From Muribaculaceae bacterium (GTDB taxonomy: Bacteria > Bacteroidota > Bacteroidia > Bacteroidales > G3-4614), in assembly GCA_017546805.1 (NCBI GenBank), contig JAFYRT010000063.1, forward strand, positions 10,289-74,288: a DNA stretch of 64,000 bases, given 5' to 3'. The translations under genes and the position numbers were made by a program. Shown here one piece after another: positions 40,150 through 49,624 of this stretch; position 1 is the stretch's first letter, and the number at the start of each line of letters is the position of its first letter. The notes beneath the pieces were generated by a model. That model was given only the letters and a program-made list of their open reading frames with translations. It searched no databases and was not told where the DNA came from.

Positions 40150-41802
40150 ATGAAAAGAATATTCAAATCCATAGCAATAATAACACTATTATTAACAGCT
40201 TCAAATATTGCAAATGCGCAAAAGCACAATTTCGAGCTTATAAAAAACAATAATATATTTAATTCCATACTAAAAGAGCTTTCGCTATTCTACGTCGATT
40301 CTATTGATGCCGAAAAAATAATAACAAAAGGCATTAACAGCATGCTCTATTCGCTCGACCCCTATACAACATATATCCCAAAATCGGAGGAGCAAGACCT
40401 TAAATTTATGACAACGGGTGAGTATGCCGGCGTAGGAGCGTTAATATCTCAACGCGACACTCTGATTCAAATAACAAGCATATACGAGGGAAACCCTGCC
40501 CAAATAGACGGAATGAAAGCAGGAGACCGCATTCTTGAAATCAACGGAGAATCAATGATTGGCAAGGACAACAGCTACGTAAGCGACCACTTGCGAGGAA
40601 AAGCAAACACTCTTGCCGTTATAAAAGTGATGCGACCAATGGTCGACAGCATCGTTACCCTTAACGTAACACGCAAAAAGATATATATCCCTGCTGTATC
40701 GTATTATGGGGCTACAAGAGATGATGTAGGTTATATCTACATATCATCGTTCAATACCAACACCGCATCCGAAGTAAAGAGCGCACTGCTCGATTTAAAG
40801 AAAAACCACAACATAAAGTCGTTGGTCATTGATTTACGAAGCAATCCCGGAGGTTTGTTAAACGAAGCAATAGGGGTTATAAACCTCTTTGTGCCCAAAG
40901 GTAAAACAATTTTGGAGACTCGAGGCAGACACAAAGAGCTTGAGACGGTATATAAAACATCACAAGCCCCTGTCGATACAGAAATTCCTCTTGCCATTCT
41001 CATCGACGACGAGAGTGCTTCGGCATCGGAGATTGTTGCAGGAGCCTTCCAAGACCTCGACAGAGCCGTAATAGTAGGAAACAGATCTTTTGGTAAAGGT
41101 TTGGTTCAAAGCACACGACCTCTGCCATATGACGGAACGCTAAAATTAACAACAGCAAAATACTACATTCCAAGTGGCAGATTAATTCAGGCAATCGACT
41201 ACTCTCAAAGAGGCAAAGATGGCTCAACCACCCGCATCCCCGACTCTCTTACAACAGAGTTTAAAACAGCAGCCGGGCGCATAGTTCGCGACGGAGGTGG
41301 CATAACCCCCGATGTAGAGTACAAATACCCCAAACAAAGCAACATACTCTACTATTTAACCATCGATTACCACATATTTGATTATGCAACCGAATACGCT
41401 GCAAAACATTCTGTAATTGCTCCGGCAAACGAGTTCTCGCTAACCGACGAGGAGTATGAAGAGTTTAAGGAGAGATTAAAAGCAAGAGACTTCAAATACG
41501 ACAGAGAGAGTCTTAAACTATTGGAGAAACTTAAAGAGGTTGCCGAATTTGAGGGTTATACCGATGTGGCAGGCGAAACCATAGCCACACTTGAAAAACA
41601 GTTGCAACACAACCTCGATAAAGATTTGGAGGAGTTTAAAAAAGAGATTAAATCTCAATTGGAGATGGACATTATTGAACGCTACTACTACAAAAAAGGA
41701 GTGATGAGCAGAAGTGTCGAAGAGGATGAATGTATCAATCAAGCCATTGAGATACTTAAAGACTCAACACAATACAAACAAATTCTCTCACCAAAAAAAT
41801 AA
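40150..41802 (+). CDS. S41-family C-terminal processing (tail-specific) peptidase with a PDZ domain
   Basis: 550 aa with a signal peptide. It has a PDZ region (GNPAQIDGMKAGDRILEING), the catalytic region DLRSNPGGLL, ASASEI, and GKGLVQ. Confidence 0.9.
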   Translation: MKRIFKSIAIITLLLTASNIANAQKHNFELIKNNNIFNSILKELSLFYVDSIDAEKIITKGINSMLYSLDPYTTYIPKSEEQDLKFMTTGEYAGVGALISQRDTLIQITSIYEGNPAQIDGMKAGDRILEINGESMIGKDNSYVSDHLRGKANTLAVIKVMRPMVDSIVTLNVTRKKIYIPAVSYYGATRDDVGYIYISSFNTNTASEVKSALLDLKKNHNIKSLVIDLRSNPGGLLNEAIGVINLFVPKGKTILETRGRHKELETVYKTSQAPVDTEIPLAILIDDESASASEIVAGAFQDLDRAVIVGNRSFGKGLVQSTRPLPYDGTLKLTTAKYYIPSGRLIQAIDYSQRGKDGSTTRIPDSLTTEFKTAAGRIVRDGGGITPDVEYKYPKQSNILYYLTIDYHIFDYATEYAAKHSVIAPANEFSLTDEEYEEFKERLKARDFKYDRESLKLLEKLKEVAEFEGYTDVAGETIATLEKQLQHNLDKDLEEFKKEIKSQLEMDIIERYYYKKGVMSRSVEEDECINQAIEILKDSTQYKQILSPKK

Positions 41803-41807
41803 GAGAT

Positions 41808-42332
41808 ATGGCACACCCTTTAGATAAATTCAAGTTTTGTCCCGCATGTGGTCACGAACCTTTTGCAGAAAATGGCCCATACTCAAAAAAGTGTGAGAGT
41901 TGCGGATTTACATATTACGACAATCCCAAAGCAGCAACCGTAGCAATAATAATAAACAGCAATAACGAAATATTGGTGTGTCGCAGAGCCAAAGAGCCTG
42001 CAAAAGGGACATTGGACCTACCCGGAGGTTTTACCGACATTGGCGAGACAGCCGAAGCAGGAGTAATTCGCGAGGTTAAAGAGGAGACAGGGTTAGATGT
42101 CACCCAAGTAACATTTCTCTTTTCAAAGCCCAACATATACCCATTTTCGGGCATGATAGTAAACACAATGGATCTCTTTTTTATCTGTAAAGTTGAAACA
42201 ACAGAGGGATTGATTGCCAACGACGACGTGGCAGAAACACGCTTCATACCCATCAGTGAGTTATCGCCCGAGGAGTTTGGACTACGCTCAATACGCGAAG
42301 CTGTTGCAGAACTTAAAAAGATGAATCTGTAG
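41808..42332 (+). CDS. NUDIX hydrolase with an N-terminal zinc ribbon
   Basis: It has CPACG...CESCG (Cys4) and the Nudix box GGFTDIGETAEAGVIREVKEETGL. Confidence 0.85.
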   Translation: MAHPLDKFKFCPACGHEPFAENGPYSKKCESCGFTYYDNPKAATVAIIINSNNEILVCRRAKEPAKGTLDLPGGFTDIGETAEAGVIREVKEETGLDVTQVTFLFSKPNIYPFSGMIVNTMDLFFICKVETTEGLIANDDVAETRFIPISELSPEEFGLRSIREAVAELKKMNL

Positions 42333-42343
42333 AGAGGGAGCCT

Positions 42344-43246
42344 CTACATCTCTTTTTGTAAAATATGCAGAGGAATATTTCCGAGTTGAGATGCAATTTC
42401 GGAATAAGAGCTGTAAAAACTACCATATATTTTCGAAGTGCGAGATAAAATCCACATCTCCTTGACAGCCTCTTTCATTCCTTGCAAGCTGTTGCGATTA
42501 CAATCTGTCTCAATAGAAAGAATCCTATCACCAAAAATCTCTTTCAACTCGCGTTTTGTTGCCATATCATCCGTTGCAACATAAAATTTTGTATCGTCAC
42601 ACAGCTCTATCTCTCGGTGCATTGCATCGCAAAAAAGCGACAACGGAGAGTTTTTTATCGACTCATCATTATCTGTTCTTCTAATATGCACTCCAATGGT
42701 ATTAGATGTAAAGCTATCCTTGACAAACTCATCAACCCAAGAGAGAATATCACTTTTAGGAATAAAATTTTTTGAAAGAGCATTTCCGTAATTACCAAAA
42801 TCGTAACAACTCTCTATCATAACCCTGCCTCCGTTTAAAATTCTGTCGGCAAGAGTTCCATTATCCCTCTCACGCACAAAATCGGCAGAGTATATTGTTG
42901 TATCAAACAAGAAAGGAGCTGTAAAAAGCGGTAACCAAAGAGAATGTCTTCGAGGTGAACGATAGATAAATCTATCAAAACAGCTGGCCTCTTTAACTCT
43001 TAACAAAGAATAGTCGGGTGTCTCAAAAAGCTCACCAAACGGGGCATTTAATTCAAAATTACTGAACCACACAACATTGACGGGAATCGACGAAAGTTTC
43101 GCAAACTCAATAACAGAATTCATAGCCCTCATACGATTGGCCAATCCTCCATACGGTGTAATAGTAATCTCTCTTGTTTTCACAATTGTAGTATTAAAAA
43201 GTCCGATACAAAAGTATATCAAAAATTCTGTTTGTAAAAGAGGCAT
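42344..43246 (-). CDS. Putative glycosyltransferase of the fucosyltransferase-like superfamily (uncertain)
   Basis: The start is set at ATG 43246 (MPLLQTEF); the track start at 43357 would overlap mutS. GGLANRM near the N-terminus and GVHIRRTDN resemble the HxRRxD motif of GT11/NodZ-like enzymes. This is a motif-level call only. Confidence 0.45.
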   Translation of the reverse strand: MPLLQTEFLIYFCIGLFNTTIVKTREITITPYGGLANRMRAMNSVIEFAKLSSIPVNVVWFSNFELNAPFGELFETPDYSLLRVKEASCFDRFIYRSPRRHSLWLPLFTAPFLFDTTIYSADFVRERDNGTLADRILNGGRVMIESCYDFGNYGNALSKNFIPKSDILSWVDEFVKDSFTSNTIGVHIRRTDNDESIKNSPLSLFCDAMHREIELCDDTKFYVATDDMATKRELKEIFGDRILSIETDCNRNSLQGMKEAVKEMWILSRTSKIYGSFYSSYSEIASQLGNIPLHILQKEM

Positions 43247-43284
43247 ATTTTTATTAATTTCGTGCCAAGCAAATAAGAGATACA

Positions 43285-45894
43285 ATGGCAGGCAAGATAG
43301 CAGAAACACCACTGATGAAACAGTATATTGAGATGAAGGGAAAACACCCCGATGCAATACTGCTTTTCAGAGTTGGAGACTTTTACGAAACATTTTCATC
43401 CGATGCAATAGTGACATCGGAAATATTGGGAATTACCCTTACGCGCAGAGCAAACGGAGCAGCACAATTTGTTGAATTGGCAGGATTCCCACACCATGCT
43501 TTGGATGCCTATTTGCCAAAACTTGTAAGAGCCGGTAAACGCGTTGCCATTTGCGAACAGCTCGAAGATCCCAAACTAACAAAAAAATTGGTAAAACGCG
43601 GAATAACCGAATTGGTTACCCCCGGAGTATCAATTAACGACAATGTGCTAAATCACAAAGAAAACAACTTTGTGGCAGCCATACACTTCGAGCGCCATTC
43701 ATGTGGAATATCGCTACTCGACATATCAACAGGAGAATTCCTTACAGCAGAGGGCGGAGCAGACCACATAGACAAACTCCTAAACAGCTTTGCACCTAAA
43801 GAGATATTGGTTGAACGCGGTAAACGCGACCTGTTTACCTCAAAATTCGGGTCAAAGTTTCTAATATTCGAATTAGAGGATTGGATATTTACCGACGATG
43901 CTGCAAAGAGTCGCTTGTTAAAACACTTCGAGACAAAGAACCTGAAAGGTTTTGGAGTTGAGCATCTGAAATTGGGAATAGTAGCATCGGGAGCAATCCT
44001 TCACTATCTCGACCTTACACAACACACGCAAATATCACACATAACAACACTCTCAAGAGTAGAGGAAGAACGTTATGTAAGATTAGATAAATTCACACTG
44101 CGCAGCCTTGAGCTGCTTGCCCCTATGAACGAAGGGGGAAAATCGCTATTAGACGTAATAGACCGCACCTTGTCACCAATGGGTAGCCGTATGATGCGCC
44201 GATGGTTGACATTCCCACTAAAAGATGTAGCGGCAATAAACCAACGATTAGACGTTGTAGACCACCTCTTCCGCTTTCCTGAAGACAAAAGCATACTTGA
44301 GGAGAAGATGTCGCTCATAGGCGACCTCGAACGCCTAACATCAAAAGTTGCAGTAGGACGTGTAACACCTCGAGAGATGGTACAACTGCGAGTAGCACTC
44401 TCTGCAATAGAACCAATAAAAGAGGTATGTACCAACAGCCAAAACCCCGTACTCTCACTCTTTGCAAAAGAGTTGGATCTATGCCAAGAGATACGCGATA
44501 GAATAGACAGAGAGATATCGCCCGATGCACCATCACTCATAAACAAAGGCGGAATTATACGCGAAGGAATAAACGAAGAGTTGGACGAACTACGCAAAAT
44601 GTCAGGCTCGGGCAAAGAGTACCTAATGCACATACAACAACGCGAGAGCGAAGCAACAGGAATCCCATCTCTTAAAATCAGCTACAACAATGTATTCGGC
44701 TACTATATTGAGGTTCGCAACACACACAAAGACAAAGTTCCAGAGGAGTGGATACGCAAACAAACCCTTACGAATGCCGAACGCTATATAACACAAGAAC
44801 TTAAAGAGTATGAGGAGAAAATCCTCGGTGCAGAAGAGAAGATATTAGCAATAGAGGGCAAATTATTTACCGAATTGGTACATGCCACCACACTCCACAT
44901 AAGCGCAATGCAACGCAATGCAACCATGTTGGCACAAATGGACTGTTTACTATCATTTGCAACAGTAGCAAAAGAGAACAAATATATACGTCCCATACTC
45001 GACGATTCACTATCGCTATCTATCGAAGAGGGACGCCACCCTGTAATTGAAAAGCAGCTCCCCCCCGGAGAGGAGTATGTCACAAACTCGCTCAAACTCG
45101 ACAACGAGAAAGAGCAGATAATGATAATTACCGGACCCAACATGGCAGGAAAATCGGCACTTCTACGCCAAACAGCCCTTATAACCATAATGGCACAAAT
45201 AGGATGCTTTGTTCCTGCACAATCGGCACAAATAGGAATTGTCGACAAGGTATTTACCCGCGTTGGTGCATCGGACAACATATCGCTTGGTGAATCAACC
45301 TTTATGGTTGAGATGAACGAAGCGGCATATATCCTAAACAACATCTCCGAAAGAAGCCTTGTACTGTTCGACGAGTTAGGCCGAGGAACAAGCACATACG
45401 ACGGAATATCAATAGCATGGGCAATAGTTGAACATATACACGAAAACGACAGAGCAAAAGCAAAGACACTCTTTGCAACCCACTACCACGAGTTGAACGA
45501 AATGGAGAAGGAGTTTTCGAGAATAGTCAACTACAACGTATCGGTAAAAGAGGTGGACAACAAAGTTGTATTCTTGCGCAAATTAGTAAGAGGCGGAAGC
45601 GAACACAGCTTCGGTATTCATGTGGCAAAAATGGCAGGAATGCCACGCACCATAGTGAGTCGTGCCGACGTGATACTAAAAGAGTTGGAAAAAGGCAGCG
45701 AAGACCGCAACATATCAAAACCCATTCCATCGGCAGCAAAATCAGGAGGAATGCAACTATCGCTATATCAATTAGACGACCCCGTACTATCAGATATACG
45801 CAGCAGAATATTGGGAATGGACATAAACAACCTCACACCAATTGAGGCACTCAATAAACTTAACGAAATTAAAAAAATACTATTAGGACGATAA
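43285..45894 (+). CDS. mutS: DNA mismatch repair protein MutS
   Basis: 869 aa. It has the N-terminal TPLMKQY...GDFYE mismatch-binding motif, Walker [16 protein letters not shown], and [12 protein letters not shown]. Confidence 0.97.
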   Translation: MAGKIAETPLMKQYIEMKGKHPDAILLFRVGDFYETFSSDAIVTSEILGITLTRRANGAAQFVELAGFPHHALDAYLPKLVRAGKRVAICEQLEDPKLTKKLVKRGITELVTPGVSINDNVLNHKENNFVAAIHFERHSCGISLLDISTGEFLTAEGGADHIDKLLNSFAPKEILVERGKRDLFTSKFGSKFLIFELEDWIFTDDAAKSRLLKHFETKNLKGFGVEHLKLGIVASGAILHYLDLTQHTQISHITTLSRVEEERYVRLDKFTLRSLELLAPMNEGGKSLLDVIDRTLSPMGSRMMRRWLTFPLKDVAAINQRLDVVDHLFRFPEDKSILEEKMSLIGDLERLTSKVAVGRVTPREMVQLRVALSAIEPIKEVCTNSQNPVLSLFAKELDLCQEIRDRIDREISPDAPSLINKGGIIREGINEELDELRKMSGSGKEYLMHIQQRESEATGIPSLKISYNNVFGYYIEVRNTHKDKVPEEWIRKQTLTNAERYITQELKEYEEKILGAEEKILAIEGKLFTELVHATTLHISAMQRNATMLAQMDCLLSFATVAKENKYIRPILDDSLSLSIEEGRHPVIEKQLPPGEEYVTNSLKLDNEKEQIMIITGPNMAGKSALLRQTALITIMAQIGCFVPAQSAQIGIVDKVFTRVGASDNISLGESTFMVEMNEAAYILNNISERSLVLFDELGRGTSTYDGISIAWAIVEHIHENDRAKAKTLFATHYHELNEMEKEFSRIVNYNVSVKEVDNKVVFLRKLVRGGSEHSFGIHVAKMAGMPRTIVSRADVILKELEKGSEDRNISKPIPSAAKSGGMQLSLYQLDDPVLSDIRSRILGMDINNLTPIEALNKLNEIKKILLGR

Positions 45895-45898
45895 TACA

Positions 45899-47149
45899 AT
45901 GTTACAACGTAAAGATTTTGAAATAATGGCTCCCGTAGGCTCATACGAATCGCTTACAGCAGCAATACAGGGAGGAGCCGATTCGGTATATTTCGGAGTG
46001 GAGGGATTGAACATGCGTTCACGTTCGTCAAACAACTTTACCCTTGACGACCTTCGCAACATAGCCGAAATCTGTAACCAAAACAACATAAAAACGTATC
46101 TAACCGTAAACACCGTAATATACGACGGCGACCTTGAGTTGATGCGAAAAATCATCGACACGGTAAAAGAGTCGGGCGTAAGTGCAATCATAGCATCAGA
46201 TGTGGCAGCAATGAGCTATGCCAATTCAATAGGCGTAGAGGTACACCTATCAACACAATTGAACATATCAAATGCCGAAGCATTGAAATTCTACGCACAA
46301 TTTGCCGACGTAGTGGTATTGGCTCGCGAGTTGAACCTCGACCAAGTATCAGGCATATACAAAAGAATACAAGAGGAGAACATCACAGGCCCCAAAGGAG
46401 AACAAGTGCGTATCGAGATGTTTGCACACGGAGCATTATGTATGGCAGTATCGGGCAAATGCTACTTGAGTTTGCACGAAATGAACTACTCAGCCAACCG
46501 AGGATCATGCCTTCAAATATGCCGTAGAGGATACACCGTAAAAGACAAAGAGACAAACATAGAGTTGGATATAGAGAACCAATATATAATGTCGCCCAAA
46601 GATCTTAAGACAATACACTTCATGAACAAAATGATTGATTCGGGAGTAAGAGTATTTAAGATTGAAGGACGCGCCCGTAGTGCCGAGTATGTTCGCACAG
46701 TGGTGGAGTGCTATCGCGAAGCAGTTGAGAGCTACATTGAAGGTACATTCAACGAGGAGAAAATAGCAGATTGGGATACACGTTTAGCAACCGTATTCAA
46801 CCGCGGATTCTGGAACGGATACTACCTTGGACAACGCTTGGGCGAGTGGTCATCGAGCTATGGTTCAGAGGCAACCGAACGCAAAGAGTATATAGGAAAA
46901 GGAACAAAATACTTCTCAAACATAGGCGTTGCCGAGTTCTTAATGGAGAGCGGAGAATTTAACGAAGGCGACAAACTATTGATAACAGGACCCACAACAG
47001 GAGCAATAACCATCGAGGCAAAAGATATGCGAGTAAACTTTGCACCCGCAACAAAAGTTGTAAAAGGAGACCTATTCTCAATAGCCGTAGGCACAAAAAT
47101 ACGCCCATCGGACAAACTATTCAAAATAGTACCCAACGTAAAAGAGTAA
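45899..47149 (+). CDS. Peptidase U32 family protein (RlhA/TrhP-type)
   Basis: 416 aa. It has the U32 signature E-x-F-x-H-G-A-x-C (EMFAHGALCMAVSGKCYLS). Confidence 0.88.
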   Translation: MLQRKDFEIMAPVGSYESLTAAIQGGADSVYFGVEGLNMRSRSSNNFTLDDLRNIAEICNQNNIKTYLTVNTVIYDGDLELMRKIIDTVKESGVSAIIASDVAAMSYANSIGVEVHLSTQLNISNAEALKFYAQFADVVVLARELNLDQVSGIYKRIQEENITGPKGEQVRIEMFAHGALCMAVSGKCYLSLHEMNYSANRGSCLQICRRGYTVKDKETNIELDIENQYIMSPKDLKTIHFMNKMIDSGVRVFKIEGRARSAEYVRTVVECYREAVESYIEGTFNEEKIADWDTRLATVFNRGFWNGYYLGQRLGEWSSSYGSEATERKEYIGKGTKYFSNIGVAEFLMESGEFNEGDKLLITGPTTGAITIEAKDMRVNFAPATKVVKGDLFSIAVGTKIRPSDKLFKIVPNVKE

Positions 47150-47169
47150 AAAAGGAGAGAAAAATTTAT

Positions 47170-47220
47170 AAATATAGGGTTCACTTCAACTTCAATTGGG
47201 TCACCCTATATTTATATTGT
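47170..47220 (+). terminator. Hairpin terminator after the U32 gene
   Basis: An 11-bp stem AAATATAGGGT (47170-47180) / ACCCTATATTT (47203-47213) followed by T-rich sequence. Confidence 0.5.
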
Positions 47221-47232
47221 ATGAGTATTGAA

Positions 47233-47267
47233 TAAAAAGAGCTATTTTAAGGCTTGCTAAGCCTTAT
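47233..47267 (-). terminator. Hairpin terminator after the kinase gene
   Basis: Stem TAAGGCTT (47248-47255) / AAGCCTTA (47259-47266). On the minus strand a T-rich tail follows. Confidence 0.5.
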
Positions 47268-47304
47268 ATCGAAAACAACGCAGTAGTTTATTAACTATAA
47301 CAAC

Positions 47305-48444
47305 CTACTTATTCATATTCCTCATTATCCTATCAGTAACATCATTAATCCAACGCATATTGTAGTTATCCATAATATACATCGAAATCTGTTTGTAAAT
47401 ATCGCTGCGTTCAATATTTTTAACCTCAACAGGCAAATTTTTTACGTCGGTTTTAAGAGTATCCAACAATTTGTCTGTTATAGAAACAACCAAAGCAACA
47501 TCATTAAAAGAGAGAACAAGATTCTCATAGTCATTAGCCTTTATAATAGAATCTGCTTTTAATTTCAGAGCGCTAACAATTGAAGAAACAATTTTATCCT
47601 GCTCCTCTCTCTTAATAACACTCTGCTCAACAACCTCAACCTTGGGTAAAATATTTTGGCGACTGCTCTCAATATTGACAAAGTACGAAATCATAAAAGC
47701 AAAGGCAATAAAGATTGTGATGAAAAAATATTTCGGAACTCTCCAACACAAATTAAGCTTTTGTTTAACCGCATCAATAGTCCTATATCTATCTTGTTTG
47801 TTACAACAACATCCGCTAATCACAAAACGAGCCAAGACCCCTGTTTTCAAATCTTTAAGCAAGCAACCCACCGAAAAAATATCGTCGGGACCTTCAGGAG
47901 CCACATACCCTTCCGAGCCCACAGCCTGTTTAAGCACAGCGTAACCATTGCTATCGCTCAAGCCAAAATCAATAAGTTTAATATACGCACCACCCTGTAC
48001 CACCATAATGTTTTGCGGTTTAAGATCGCGATGCTGAATTTGAAGCGAATGAAGATATTTAAGCGTATCAATAAGCATGTTTGCAATATTTCTGCGTTCG
48101 CTGATTGAGTGTTTCTGTTCAAGCCATTCGCTGAGAGTAACACCCTCAATCCACTCCATAACAATAGCCTTTCCAATACCCTTAACATCCTCGATGGAAT
48201 ATACCTGAACAATGTACGGATGTTGTAAACTTGTCATCAAATCAAACTCTTTCATCAAGAGCGATTGGTACATAACATCCCCTTGCAGCTCCTTTTTCAA
48301 AGCCTTCAAAAGCCACCATTTGCCATTGCGCTTTGCTCTATAAAGAGAGTTAAAACCGGAGTTGCTAATCTCCAAGACCTGAGAAAACTCTTGTTGAGAC
48401 AAAAAATTATCTTTAGGTTTTATAAAAAATGATGTATCAGACAT
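47305..48444 (-). CDS. Membrane-anchored Hanks-type Ser/Thr protein kinase
   Basis: 379 aa. It has the catalytic loop HRDLKPQN, DFG (IDFGLS), APE-like YVAPEG, and the lysine context WWLLKALK. A TM helix (FFITIFIAFAFMISYFV) precedes a roughly 115-aa C-terminal domain. The glycine-rich loop is degenerate (ISNSGFNSLY). Confidence 0.85.
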   Translation of the reverse strand: MSDTSFFIKPKDNFLSQQEFSQVLEISNSGFNSLYRAKRNGKWWLLKALKKELQGDVMYQSLLMKEFDLMTSLQHPYIVQVYSIEDVKGIGKAIVMEWIEGVTLSEWLEQKHSISERRNIANMLIDTLKYLHSLQIQHRDLKPQNIMVVQGGAYIKLIDFGLSDSNGYAVLKQAVGSEGYVAPEGPDDIFSVGCLLKDLKTGVLARFVISGCCCNKQDRYRTIDAVKQKLNLCWRVPKYFFITIFIAFAFMISYFVNIESSRQNILPKVEVVEQSVIKREEQDKIVSSIVSALKLKADSIIKANDYENLVLSFNDVALVVSITDKLLDTLKTDVKNLPVEVKNIERSDIYKQISMYIMDNYNMRWINDVTDRIMRNMNK

Positions 48445-48475
48445 CGTAAAATCAAATTATTTTAACCAAACAAAA

Positions 48476-49036
48476 CTATCCAATTAAAACCCTGATGCAA
48501 ACACCATCTTTTTCACCTGCAACATAAGATAAAGGCTCCGAACCCTCATGAACAAGATTACTCAAATATAATGGTTCGTTTTGTATAAACAAGTTACAAG
48601 TAAACGAATCGCCTACACTCAATTTAGAGTTCACACTCTCGGTTATAACAAAAGCAGAGTCCCCAACATATTTAGCAACAATAGTTCGGTCGGGACGCCA
48701 CGAAATTTGCAAACAATCACCTTTAATAAGTCTATTAACATCAATAGAATCGGTCGAAACAATACGACTTTGCACTTTTTTCAACTCCTCACGTCTTTGA
48801 CAAAATACCTCAAAGTTTCTAAAGCCCACAAACTTTGCAAGCACATCAAGCGTATGAGGTCTGGTTTCGACCTTCTCATTTTGCAGATAACCCCAAAACC
48901 TCTTTAATGTAGTAGGAGATAGTCGCTCTTTGGTTTTATCCCAAATAACATTGCTTAACTCCTCAAAATTACCTGCAGTAAGCACCTTAAAGCCTGCTGT
49001 ATATTCAACCGTTTGTCTTAAAATATCGTGTAGCAT
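48476..49036 (-). CDS. Hypothetical protein co-transcribed with the kinase (possible HTH-like N-terminus, beta-rich C-terminus)
   Basis: 186 aa, 31 nt upstream of the kinase on the same strand. Its codon usage matches neighbouring minus-strand genes. The N-terminus (SPTTLKRFWGY...HTLDVLAKFVGF) looks helix-turn-helix-like. I recognise no family. Confidence 0.5.
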   Translation of the reverse strand: MLHDILRQTVEYTAGFKVLTAGNFEELSNVIWDKTKERLSPTTLKRFWGYLQNEKVETRPHTLDVLAKFVGFRNFEVFCQRREELKKVQSRIVSTDSIDVNRLIKGDCLQISWRPDRTIVAKYVGDSAFVITESVNSKLSVGDSFTCNLFIQNEPLYLSNLVHEGSEPLSYVAGEKDGVCIRVLIG

Positions 49037-49100
49037 CTTTTTTAATTAGAAATGTTTTTTAACTAAGAACTAACAATCCCAAGCTAAAGCAATACAATGA

Positions 49101-49108
49101 CAAATTTA
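49101..49108 (-). promoter_or_regulatory. Candidate -7 promoter motif for the 48476/kinase operon
   Basis: The minus strand reads TAAATTTG, about 65 nt upstream of the 49036 start. Confidence 0.35.
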
Positions 49109-49160
49109 TAACAAATTTTTTAACAAGTTATATTCAACTATTAAAAGGACAAAAAAGGAC

Positions 49161-49191
49161 TTTGTTTTCTTTTTACATCACCCTACTTTTG
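49161..49191 (+). promoter_or_regulatory. Full Bacteroidota-type promoter facing the 49625/50315 operon
   Basis: TTTG (49161-49164), then a 19-nt spacer, then TACTTTTG (49184-49191). It lies upstream of the left inverted repeat. Confidence 0.55.
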
Positions 49192-49220
49192 CCTTTGCAA
49201 GAGAGAGAGATTTTTAAAAT

Positions 49221-49484
49221 ATTGGTTCACACTATTAAGGGGAAAGTTATATATACATTTTTATATAACAAAATACTTTATTTATAAAAAATATTTATAA
49301 ATTTGTGGTGTTGCACAATTGCAACAGACATATTTAGGAAACATTAGACAAAGTCTGTTAAGGTAAACCTGGAAAATTTATCAAAGCAAGTAAAGACTGA
49401 GTTTAAACATGTTCCCTTGATACTGTGTATAAAACCTGCTTACGATGGTTAGGCAGGATTATATACATTCAAGTGTGAACCAAT
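49221..49484. repeat. Perfect 13-bp inverted repeat pair bracketing a 238-bp segment
   Basis: ATTGGTTCACACT at 49221-49233 and its exact reverse complement AGTGTGAACCAAT at 49472-49484. The enclosed segment contains TAAATTTG (49298-49305, + orientation). Confidence 0.85.
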
Positions 49485-49624
49485 TTATACTCTTTACTTG
49501 CGGGCAGTTCCAGGGCCTACCAACGGAGTATTAAATTAGGTTTGCACTTTTTTTGTGCCCTTCTCCGAAAAACTCCTTTGCTGTATCCTTAAAAATGGGA
49601 AATAACCACTAAAACAATATAATT

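Noticed and set aside
49037-49624. Whether the long intergenic region encodes a known structured RNA (tmRNA, RNase P RNA, SRP RNA, 6S, or a riboswitch).
   Set aside because: None of the conserved core motifs I know for these families is present: there is no RNase P GGAGGAAAGTCC-type core, no tmRNA tag reading frame with a TCCACCA end, and no SRP GGAA/AGCA domain-IV motif. The region is kept only as an unclassified IR-bracketed element.
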